A stretch of 33,202 nucleotides of DNA. Origin: Octopus bimaculoides (taxonomy: Eukaryota). The notes below the pieces were generated by a model. It did not search any database. It was not told the DNA's origin and saw nothing but the letters and a program-made list of their open reading frames with translations. Shown here one piece after another: positions 12,085 to 22,687 of this stretch; the stretch's first letter is position 1; each line of letters begins with the position of its first letter. The translations under genes and the position numbers were made by a program. Location of the stretch: positions 46,451,098 to 46,484,299 of the forward strand of contig NC_068982.1 in NCBI RefSeq assembly GCF_001194135.2, written 5' to 3'.

Positions 12085-12140
<56 letters not shown>
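12085..12140. repeat. (CTAT)n microsatellite
   Basis: Visible repeat. Confidence 0.95.
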
Positions 12141-12418
12141 TTATTTATTTTCCTTTCTTTAACCTCACCACCACAACATCATCCTTTTACTAAACATTAT
12201 ATTTGTAATTCTCTATCTCTATGCCTCTCCCTTCAGTTAAACACTTGACAGTGTAATGTATTTGGCCTTAGCGTATTCATATATAGATTCTCGGCATTAT
12301 ACAATGCAATTATATAAGTATATATGTATGTATATAAGTATGTGTGTGCGTGTGTGTGTGTGCGTGAGTGTTCATATGTATATATATCATATATACATAT
12401 AAAATATATATTAACAAT

Positions 12419-12453
<35 letters not shown>

Positions 12454-12670
12454 AATTTGGATGTACCAACAAGAAGAAAATATAGAACTTATTTGTTCAA
12501 TCGGAACACTAAATTTACATTTTGAGAATGTTATTGAAAGCAAGTATCAGGGTAGAAGGAGACACGAATTTTTAACAGCAACGGAATATTGTTTTCTTTA
12601 TCTGGCATTTAGTCATTAGTCAACAGTTGTTCGGGTGTGCTAGTTTGGAGAATATTATTGTTAATCTTTA

Positions 12671-12724
12671 ATTCTACATGCAATAGTAAACTGCTCTTCA
12701 GCAGTTTACTATTACATGTAGAAT
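12671..12724. other. 54-nt near-perfect inverted repeat (25-bp arms, 4-nt loop)
   Basis: ATTCTACATGCAATAGTAAACTGCT-CTTC-AGCAGTTTACTATTACATGTAGAAT; 24/25 pairs. Confidence 0.95.
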
Positions 12725-12954
12725 AGTTTCACACCTACAACTGGGGGTGTTTGTCAGTTCTTGCTTAGTGAGTTCATTTGGTAATAATTATTACATTTGT
12801 TGCTGTTAAGTCTGTTTAGCTGCTGAGAATACTCGCAAACTGTAGTATTAAATTATCACGTCTTATTAAGCGTCTTCAAAATTTGTTAGATGCTATATTT
12901 CTTGATCACGCAAATCAGTTCGTTTTTATACATCGTCTTAGGGGATAGCAGCTT

Positions 12955-13266
12955 TATCGTGGACTCTCCTGCCATAGACGACAGATAACGGTTCCACAAC
13001 TTCTTGCTGAGCAACCTGCACAGATGATTTTCTTATAGTGATCAAATGCTTTTGCTGTATATTAGACCACTCCATCCGTTAAATCGAATCTGCTTGTGCA
13101 GGTGCACGGTGCGCAACACACATTAGATGTCAAAGTGATGCGATCGCAGAGCAATGTGAAATGGAATGTTTTGCTGAAGAACACAACGCACTGCTCAGTC
13201 TGAGAATCAAACCCACGAATTCGTGATCGAGAGTGTAACTTACTAACTACTGAGTCATTCACTCTC
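12955..13266 (-). mobile_element. SINE family B3 (CORE-like, different 3' body)
   Basis: Reverse complement has a tRNA-like head and GCGTTGTGTTCTTCAGCAAAACATTCCATTTCAC; the head resembles 27468-27579. Confidence 0.7.
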
Positions 13267-13840
13267 AACGAATGAAGTAGTAGCAGCAATGCAACTTGTC
13301 ATCGTTATATTGCGATCGAGATGTATTTTGAGAGTGGAGGACTTTTTGTTTTCAATATCTGAAGGAGTGAGTTGAACAGTTCTACTGTTAAACTTATTTC
13401 CACTGTGCCCAAAGCATTTATCGATGATACTATCACTCAGACTACTCGTATCTTTAGGAGGTGGTAGGTTTCGTAAGATATATTGTTGCTTCTGCTACTT
13501 CGAGCTATAAGAATTAAGATGTTTTCTGTACGATGTTACAACGCGATTAGAAATTTTCGTCGGTGGATATACTGAAATAGCTGATAATGTTGCTAATAAG
13601 ATTTCTTTAATGATTGTAGATGCTGACAGTGGTTAAGTTCATTCAAATTATATATTTACGGTTGAATTTTCTTTTTAATATCATTATCATCAGGTCGAAC
13701 GATTTGCCCGGACCAATGTCACGATCGAGTGATGCAGTGTGGACGTCTAACCCGGGTTTTACTCATCTTCGTCTTTCGCTAGCTGAAATACCTCATCTGC
13801 ACATACCATGACTACAGACGATAGCAATATTACATTAATT

Positions 13841-14053
13841 GAAGGAGGCGAGTTGACAGAATTGTTACAACACCGAGCAAAATATTTAGCAACATTTCGT
13901 CCGTCTTTACATTCAAAGTTTAAATTTTACCGAGGTTGACTTCGCCTTTCATCCTTTCGGGGTCGCTAAAATACGGACCAGTTGAACAATAGGATCGATG
14001 TAATCGACTTACCTACTTCCCGAAACTGCTGACCTAACGCCAAAATTTGAAAC
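13841..14053 (+). mobile_element. SINE family A with TSD
   Basis: Core GAGGTTGACTTCGCCTTTCATCCTTTCGGGGTCG; flanks CAATATTACATTAA (13825-13838) and CAATATTACACTAA (14054-14067). Confidence 0.88.
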
Positions 14054-14375
14054 CAATATTACACTAACCGAACTGGTTGATCCTGGCCTTTGACAATTTG
14101 TTGTCAGATCATCTGCTCAGCATCTGGAAATGCTCGCCGTTGAAGCAATAAATTTAGCCGCTGAAATAGTTCACATCCACCATGCTGCGACCCTTAACTT
14201 CAATGCACCTTGTTTCGGAGGGTTACATGGTGTTTAACCTCACCCTGATTGGTGCTATTACTCCGGCTCAGAGCAGACCTGGAAACAATAACAGTTAATA
14301 AATAGTTCCACGTGCTTCAAAACCTTGGAACTCCAGAACCTTTATATGCATGTATATATACATATATACATATAC

Positions 14376-14430
<55 letters not shown>

Positions 14431-14553
14431 TGTGTGTATATACATTTACATTATATANNNNNNNNNNCAACATTCTTGCATAAGTATAGAGTAACCCATA
14501 TGATTAATGGAAAATTGTTCTTATTACAACTGAACATAGAAACATTAGTGTGC

Positions 14554-14613
<60 letters not shown>

Positions 14614-14620
14614 GTGTACT

Positions 14621-14934
14621 AATGGCACTCCAGCGGTCACGACGACGAATTTCTGCTAAAGTCGATGAAACAGCCTGCTCATGAAATTAGCGTGCATGTT
14701 GGTGAACACTACACTAACATGCATATCCTTAATTCTCAGAGAGATTCAGCGTGACATAGAAGTGACTAGGCTGACCTTTTGAATTACAGGTACAACTCGC
14801 TTTTGCCGGCTAAGAAGACTGGAGCAACGTGATATAAAGTGTCTTTCTTAAAGATGCAACGCATGGCTAGGAATCAGCTCACGGCCTTACTATCGTGAGC
14901 CGAACGCCCTAACCACTAAGCCACGAACCTTCAC
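14621..14934 (-). mobile_element. SINE family B2, near full length
   Basis: Reverse complement starts GTGAAGGTTCGTGGCTTAGTGGTTAGGGCGTTCGGCTCACGAT and has the CORE-like AAGACACTTTA..CACGTTGCTCCAGTC. Confidence 0.8.
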
Positions 14935-16170
14935 GGAAATGTAATGAACGAGTGATAAAAGACGGTATATGAGGAGCGTAAGGAAGCAGAAGTTCAGTTT
15001 TGACAGATAAACATTATTTTAATTGATGTTGAATGAATGAGAAGTTTATGACAAGTGGGGCAGGGGAAGGTAAAATGAGAAAGCAGCAGGAAATATATGA
15101 TCATGTTTGGATAGGTTCCTGATATCTGGAAATCGCGAGAGGTTTAAGTGAAGATAAGTGAAAGAAGAAGGAGTGGAGGAGTATGGGAGAGAAGTAAGAC
15201 GTGTGAATATGTTAAAGGTTAGGATACTTTCGAGAAGTGATATACAGCGGGGAAAGGAATATGTTGGAAGATAAAGATAGGAGAACGATATGAGGAAGCT
15301 GAGATGGAGGAGAGAAAGGAAGAGCGGGAGAAAGAGAGTTGACAGGAAAAGAGATCAGATGAGAGAAAGGGAAGAGTTTGATGGTGGGTTGGAGAGATTA
15401 CATAAGGATGAATAAAGTAGAATATTAGAATAGAAATATTATGAAACGAGAAGCAGTGAGAAAGAGCCAACNNNNNNNNNNNNNNNNNNNNNNNNNNNNN
15501 NNNNNNNNNNNNNNNNNNNNNNNNNNNNNNNNNNNNNNNNNNNNNNNNNNNNNNNNNNNNNNNNNNNNNNNNNNNNNNNNNNNNNNNNNNNNNNNNNNNN
15601 NNNNNNNNNNNNNNNNNNNNNNNNNNNNNNNNNNNNNNNNNNNNNNNNNNNNNNNNNNNNNNNNNNNNNNNNNNNNNNNNNNNNNNNNNNNNNNNNNNNN
15701 NNNNNNNNNNNNNNNNNNNNNNNNNNNNNNNNNNNNNNNNNNNNNNNNNNNNNNNNNNNNNNNNNNNNNNNNNNNNNNNNNNNNNNNNNNNNNNNNNNNN
15801 NNNNNNNNNNNNNNNNNNNNNNNNNNNNNNNNNNNNNNNNNNNNNNNNNNNNNNNNNNNNNNNNNNNNNNNNNNNNNNNNNNNNNNNNNNNNNNNNNNNN
15901 NNNNNNNNNNNNNNNNNNNNNNNNNNNNNNNNNNNNNNNNNNNNNNNNNNNNNNNNNNNNNNNNNNNNNNNNNNNNNNNNNNNNNNNNNNNNNNNNNNNN
16001 NNNNNNNNNNNNNNNNNNNNNNNNNNNNNNNNNNNNNNNNNNNNNNNNNNNNNNNNNNNNNNNNNNNNNNNNTGCGTCCGATTTTATGTGCTTGTGTTTG
16101 CCAATTGGGATATGACAAGATGATGTTCGAATACAGATGAGTAAAAGAGGTTATATATATATATATAACC

Positions 16171-16273
16171 TCTTTTACTCTCTTTTATTTGTTTCAATCA
16201 TTTGACTGCGGCCATGCTGGAGCACCACCTTTTGTTCGAGCAAATCGACCCCAGGACTTATTCTTTGGAAGCC
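16171..16273 (-). mobile_element. SINE family C 3' tail
   Basis: Matches the tail at 18162-18260 (GACTTATTCTTTG...AGCACCACC...TTTGACT..GTTTC..CTTTTA). Confidence 0.85.
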
Positions 16274-17219
16274 ACTGTCTCGTTCCAAGTTCTACAGGTT
16301 CTACATTCTTCTGACACATTCTCTCCATATATATTTTTACTCAAGTTGTTTGTTCTCATCGCTTGATCTTGGGCTGCTACAATTAGGCTCCGTGATTCTT
16401 TTTTTTAAATTGCCCCTTTTTTAACCCAGCCCAGGATTTTGCTCCACATACGTCTTCAGTGGCTCTCCAAAACTGGCCATGCAGGGGTTTCTATTCCATT
16501 TGTCTGACGTGGTCTCTTTGTATTTTATTTTTGTCCTTTTCTCTTATTACGTTCTTGATCACCTGTTCTTTATTTAATGTATTTAATGGTTTTTCTGTGC
16601 CGGTCTATAAATACTCTACTAAGCTTTTCCTTTCTATCTGTACACATTCTTCCACAGCAATTAATCCTCTAACACTTTGGTCTCTCCTCAAGTACAACCG
16701 GTTGAGATTAGCCTTCGGATGGTAGCTCCATACATTGTTAACAACTTTCTAGTTTTCCCTTCAAGTTTCTTTATATCGTTTTTGGTCCAGTCTATAATTC
16801 CAACTCCATATCTAATTAAGCGTACTGCTCTTGAATTTATTGCTTCAATAAGATTTTTGCAGTTCTGCTATGACTACAATAATTTTCTTTCTCCCCTTCT
16901 GTACTCCCTACTGGTCATTTGTTTCATTTCTTCATTTTTTATTTCGTCTACTTCTAGTATTCCCAAGTGCTTATACCAATGTCCTTTCTCAATCGCTCTC
17001 ATAGTTTGCTCATTTGGCATTTCTGTTTCCTGGCTTCTTTCAAATCTTCCTTGTTTCATTTTCAATACAGCGCACTTTTCAATCCAAAATTCCATACCTA
17101 CATCATTTGAGAAAATGTGGAAAGTATGTACAAGACTTTCAAGCTGTTTCTCGTTTTCGCATAAACCATGAAAAGGAGATGATTTATTTGACCATTTCCT
17201 TTTCTCGAATTGTAAGCAA

Positions 17220-17221
<2 letters not shown>
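16274..17221 (-). mobile_element. R4/Dong-clade non-LTR retrotransposon fragment (RT C-terminal half to start of the zinc-finger motif), decayed
   Basis: INHLLFM[DDLKL lost]YAK..MEFWIEKCAVLKMKQG..YKHLGILEVDEIKNEEMK..NLIEAINSRAV..RYGVGIIDWTK..RLYLRRDQSVRGL..KPLHGQFWR..SLIVAAQDQAMRTN..ECRTC..ETVA; this motif chain is characteristic of R4/Dong/Rex6-type ORFs. Confidence 0.85.

Positions 17222-17273
<52 letters not shown>
17222..17273. repeat. (TTA)17 microsatellite abutting the R4/Dong fragment
   Basis: Visible repeat, about 52 nt. Confidence 0.95.
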
Positions 17274-17469
17274 CATTAATTCAATGAAGAATTCATTTCA
17301 ATCAAGCTATTTTAACATCCAGGAAAAGGTCGAGTTCATCACATCCGTACATACAAGTACACATATGAACGTTTCCATACATATATATATATGTACAAGC
17401 ACACGCATGTACACACGCGCATAACTATACATATACATGCAAAAATATAGTTGCAAACATTAAAATATT

Positions 17470-17485
17470 ACATATATATATATAC

Positions 17486-17529
<44 letters not shown>

Positions 17530-17663
17530 CGAGCTTCTTTCAGTTACCGTCTTCCAAATCCACTCACAAGGCTTTGGTCGGCCCGAGGCTAGAGTAGAAG
17601 ACGCTGTAGAACTGAACATAGAACTATGTGGTTGGGAAGCACGCTTCTTACCACACAGCCACG
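17470..17663 (-). mobile_element. SINE family C 5' half (17526-17663) with its internal (TA)n tract (17470-17525)
   Basis: Reverse complement reads CGTGGCTGTGTGGTAAGAAG...CCTCGGGCCGACCAAAGCCTTGTGAGTGGATTTGGAAGACGG..TGAAAGAAGC then (TA)n. Confidence 0.85.
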
Positions 17664-17690
17664 TATGTATGTATGTATGTATGTATGTAT

Positions 17691-17915
17691 CTTTTACTTG
17701 TTTCAATCATTAAGCTGTGGTCATGCCGGATTACTGCCTCGAATAATTTTTAGACACATGAATTAACTCCAGTGCTTGTTTTGTTTTAAGCCTGATTCTC
17801 ATTTTATCGGTTTCTAAGGCCGACCTGCTCGGATACGAGGGCTGAAATACACCAACACCGGTTGTATAACGGTGGATGGGAGAATAAGACATAGATACAA
17901 AGACACACACACACA
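17691..17915 (-). mobile_element. Old SINE family C 3' half
   Basis: Diverged match to 18162-18360. Confidence 0.6.
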
Positions 17916-18161
17916 CCTATGTATAAATATATCACTGTGTAAAGAGTAGTTTAACACGGATTTACAATATGGAATTGTGATGAACCATAAACTTAGGCCC
18001 TGGCATAAGAATACTTGGCTTTCTTCACCAATCTAAACAATACTGTTAGTCTGGTGTGCCAACAAAGAGCTTATGAAGTATTTTACCTGGGTTGATAATC
18101 CCTCACTATTGTCTCTGAATAGTTCACACACTTACTATACATATATACATAGATATATTAT

Positions 18162-18360
18162 TTTATTCTTTTATTTGTTTCCGTCATTTGACTACGACCA
18201 TGGTAGAGCACCACCTTTAGTCGAACAAATCGACCCCAGGACTTATTCTTTGTAAGCCTAGTACTTATTCTATCGGATGACTTTTACCGAACCGCTAAGT
18301 TACGGGGACGTAAACACAACAGCATCGTTTGTCAAGCGATGGTGAGGGACAAACACATAC
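18162..18360 (-). mobile_element. SINE family C 3' half
   Basis: Reverse complement CCATCGCTTGACAAACGATG..TTTACGTCCCCGTAACTTAGCGGTTCGG..AAAGAATAAGTCCTGGGGTCGATTTG; microsatellites continue at 18360-18425. Confidence 0.85.
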
Positions 18361-19114
18361 AACCCCCCACATATATATATATATAGATAAATAGATATAT
18401 ACACGCGTGCACACACACACACACATGTTCGTGCAATATGTATGTGTTTATGGAACAATGAAGTTGCTAAAAGCATAAACATTGTGTGCACGCATGCGTG
18501 TTGTGTATGGGGTGTGTTAGACATAAATGTATATTAACGTGCTAGCGCGCGTGCACACATATACATACCAATATACACATATACATATATGTGTGTGTGT
18601 GTGTGTGNNNNNNNNNNNNNNNNNNNNNNNNNNNNNNNNNNNNNNNNNNNNNNNNNNNNNNNNNNNNNNNNNNNNNNNNNNNNNNNNNNNNNNNNNNNNN
18701 NNNNNNNATGTATGTATGTATGTATATGTATATATATACTTATATATAATTATTTCTAGCCCACTCTCTATATATGTACATTGCATGAAAATCACACAGA
18801 CATGTGTGTGTGTATGCATACACACCCCATGTTTGCCAGTGTGCATTTGTATTTTCATATTCGTTTACTACATGTTGTTGTACACCTATTACGCTATTTA
18901 AAAAATTCATATTTTGGCTGTGGTGAGACGACTCGGAACATTCACGATGTGAATTTTCCGAGTCCTCTTCCCCACCCCCCGTTCGCGAGCGCGCATTTTT
19001 TTCATATTCGTTTGGAGCAAGTTGTTTTACACCTATTACACTATTTTTTTCTTCTTTCTTTTTTGCTCGGATCAAACGCTTTAGTTTGACCAATTTTTGT
19101 GCTAATTTTTATGG

Positions 19115-19815
19115 AGTATTAAGTAACTATAAAAAATTTTGCAGGATACAAAGGTCCACGTTTGCCGTTGAGATGCGATTAGATTTGTGTCGATGGGTTG
19201 GTTTTCATTTCCTCTGATCCGTTTCTACCTATGTTGTTTATTCGCCAGAAATTCCCACTTATACATGTTGATGCTACACGCTTTTTAAAATTTCCTTTAG
19301 GTGTGTCTATGAAACTTCCCCTTGTCCGCCTCCCGTACACTTTTCTTCATTCAGCTGAGAATAAAATATTTGTTTGAGCAATGAATGGCTTTCTATCTGC
19401 ACGACATGGCCAATCCATCGAAGGTGATGTCTTATAATTTTGATTTAATTGCTAGGGAAATTAGCTTGCTGACATTCCTTCATTTTCGTCTACCAATGAG
19501 AATCATTTTCCTCACACATCTTTAGTAGTATGTCTGCGTCGTATTACAATATCTTCTATCTAGAATTCATAGTTGTATAGAAAATTATACATAAAAATTA
19601 CCTTATATGCTATAAGTCTTGTGGATGTTTCAGCTCATGATCTTCATATACTCGTCGTCTCAGGTGACTGAAGGTTGCGTTAGAACATTTTAATTCGTGT
19701 TAGATCTCTTCATAAATATCTGTTTTGTGATAGGTGACTTACCAGATTTTGAAAGCGCTCTATGTTTTCTGCTCTTTGTCCATCTAGCCGAATGGTTTTA
19801 CTAGGTTCCTAATTG
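19115..19815 (-). mobile_element. RTE/BovB-like LINE 3' ORF fragment, decayed
   Basis: TIRLDGQRAENIERFQNLVSHLSQ...FSHLRRRVYEDHEL...HLRWIGHVVQIESHSLLKQIFYSQLNEEK...KWEFLA matches RTE LRWAGHVxRMxxxRLPKQxLYSxL; frameshifted. Confidence 0.8.
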
Positions 19816-21684
19816 CTTGTTGCTTGGTGATGCAAACTTTAGTTTGCTTATATGTTTGCATGTATGTATACATGTCTATGTTTATGCTTGTGTGCATGTG
19901 TGTATACGTGTGTGTGTGTGTGTGTGTGTGTGCGTGCGTGTGTGAATGTGAAAATGTGAAGATCGCTTTGAAAATGGAGGTGATGGAAACATCGTGTAAG
20001 ATAATATAAAAAGGAAAGAATTAGAGGAGAGTAGAATGCAAGAAAGATATCGTGAAGAGGGGAAAATAAAGAGGAAAGCAAGCGAAAGGAAGAAGAGAGA
20101 GAAAAAGAGACGGATGGAGAAGAGGACAAGCGGTTTGAAACAGAGAAAGGTAAAAATGGATAGAAATGTAGTGAGAGCAAAGCGTACATAATGCATTGAT
20201 CAGTAAAAGACAAAGAAAAAAAAAGAAAAAGAAGTACTGAAAGGAATAGAGTTGTTCTTATAACAAAAGGCGAGGTGATGTAAATTGGGTTGTAAAACAG
20301 AAAGACAAACGAGTCAACAGAGAAACGTAAAAAGCTTTTAAAGAATTGATAAGCAGGATTCCGCGTTAATAACGGTCGTGTTTCGGCTTCTTACATTTCT
20401 AACATTTCACATTAACTTTCCGATGTGCATCGTCTTAAGTCGCTTGTATCTTGTGTCTTGTATCAATCTAGTCAGACACACGCCAGTTGCTTGCTGCTAT
20501 TATGGCGTCCTGGCTGCCGTGAAAAGGTTCCTTTTTTTTCTTTTTTGTTTTCTTTTTTCTTTATTTTTTGCTTTTTACCAATCATTTTTTTCTCATTTTC
20601 TCCCCCACTCCACCTTCTCTCACTCGCCCCTTTCTCATATGTTATAGTTCCATTTTTGGTTTTCCCTCTGTCTCTGTCTCTCTCTCTCTCTCTCTCTTTC
20701 GGGGAAAAGCATGGTGGGATTTGATTATCTCCTTGTTATAAGGATTGTTGTTGTTATAGTTGATTGCATTGTTGTTTTTTTTCCTCATTCCTGCTAACAT
20801 TCAAAATTCTCTGTTCTTTTTTTAAATATAACCTCATCCACACACTCTCTCTCTCTCTCCTCTCTCTTTCTACCACTCTATATTCATCACTACTCCTACT
20901 CCTCTCTTTTCCCCGCTCTCCTTCGTTTTGGATGGATAAGTCGCTGCTGCCATATTAGATGGATAACAACCTTAATATGGCTTCTCATGCTATATTTCAT
21001 TCTCTTTTTTTTTTTCGTTTTACTCTCCCCTGCGGAAGTATGCGTACGAGAGGCACAACGCATAAGCACGTGTGCATGTGTGTATGCTCAATGGGTATAG
21101 GAATGCAGCAGTGAATGCAAGTGATCATATTTGAGAGCGTATTTTGCATGTGTGTAATTATTTATGACTAAGTATACACAAGAAAAAGTGTGCGTGTATA
21201 TATATGTATATGCATATGTATGTATGTATAAATATGTGTATGCGGATATGGGTGTATGCAGTTGTTACTCTTATTCTCGTTAATGCTTTTATGTAGTATT
21301 TTTATTGTTGTTGTAGTTGTTATTGTTGTATTTGCTATCGTTCATGCTTTGCCATTTTTCTTGCACTTGTGAAAAGGGTTTCATTTTTCTTTCTTGTTTT
21401 TTTTTATTCATTTATTCATTTATTTGTATTATTCTTGCGATACTTGTGGTTCTTCTTGTTGCATTGATATTCATTATATTTATATATATATTTCTCGTGT
21501 TTTTTTTTCTTTTTCATTTTAGTTGATTATTTTGTTTTATTTATTTCTTGCCATTGTCATTCTTTCTTTCTTTCTTTCCTTCTCTTTCTCTCAAGGAATT
21601 CATTGTTTTAAATAGTTTCCACTCTCATCTACCTCTCTCGCTCTCTCTGTCCCTCCCTCTCTCCTTTACACTCTTTCTCATTTG

Positions 21685-21720
<36 letters not shown>

Positions 21721-22557
21721 TAAACTTGATCTTTACAGGAAATATTTGGAATTTTACCTAATTGATTAGCGGAAAGTCGAACAAGGAAACGAGGAAAAGG
21801 TAATTTCTGTGCATGCTAGCGAAGCCAGTGCCATTATTATTATTATTATTAGCATCATCATCATTATTCGCTGGTGCCCTACTTAGACGTGTTTTTATCA
21901 CGTATATTTAGAAAGGTATAATAATTTTTTTAAATTTACCCTAATGCACAGAGCTTTTCGGGGAATTTCGAAGTCTGTTCATGCAAGATGTAGATCAAAG
22001 GTTCTCAACAGGCGCCAGCAAATTCCTTGTACCTTGTGTAACTGGTGTCGCTAAAGTGAGTCCCCCAAAACAAAAACAAAAACTAAAAGACGATCAAAAG
22101 AAAAAAAAGTAATGAATAAAAGTAAAATGCTGAGTGTGTGTGTGTGGAGGGGGCATGTGTGTTTGTGTGAAAATATATAAAGAATGGTGGTCAGAAATTT
22201 GGATCAAACTGGTTTTGGGGATAGGTATGTATTTGTGTATGTGTGTGTATGTATGGGTATGTTTGTATGTATATGGTTGCGTGTGTTGCCGTTTTGAATT
22301 CCTTTCTGCGATTGAACTTAAATTGACCTCTGGCTATTAAAAACCCAACCTCACACACACGCACACACACATTTGGTTGAGATTTTATACCCATTTGAAC
22401 TACGGCTATACACCAGATAATGTGGTGAATCTTATGTTCTGAAATTTAAATTTTGAATTTGTTTTAATTATAAAATTACACCCCAGCAAAAAACACATCT
22501 TTTTGCTTTGGAAAGCAGAACCCCTTCTTTTTCTTTCTATATTCTTTATTAAATTAG

Positions 22558-22687
22558 AATTCCTCTGCTTTGGTCAGGATATTCCAATTTCCTGTATAAG
22601 CAATGGACAGAAGAATTTTTTAAAAATTAAATTCATACAGCCGAACAAAATCAAAAATATTAACTTTAATCATAATGATGGAGAGGA
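22558..22687 (+). CDS. Candidate internal exon (phase 1 to 2), unverified
   Basis: Pyrimidine tract plus TTAG acceptor, 42 open codons (FLCFGQDIPISCISNGQKNFLKIK...), GGA|GTAAAC donor. No confident homology. Confidence 0.2.

Noticed and set aside
13619-13811. Cadherin-like DADSG motif and an acceptor at 13694
   Set aside because: A stop follows DADSG immediately, no other cadherin motifs are present, and no donor was found.
14071-14088. AACTGGTTGATCCTGGCC resembling the 18S rRNA 5' end
   Set aside because: Only about 14 nt match and nothing downstream follows 18S.
16677-17171. 164-aa plus-strand ORF
   Set aside because: Antisense shadow of the R4/Dong RT fragment.
21283-21372. Signal-peptide-like 29-aa ORF
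   Set aside because: Hydrophobicity comes from a (GTT)n microsatellite; it stops with no donor.
21991-22009. hAT/Charlie-like TIR TAGATCAAAGGTTCTCAAC
   Set aside because: No convincing partner TIR or 8-bp TSD nearby.
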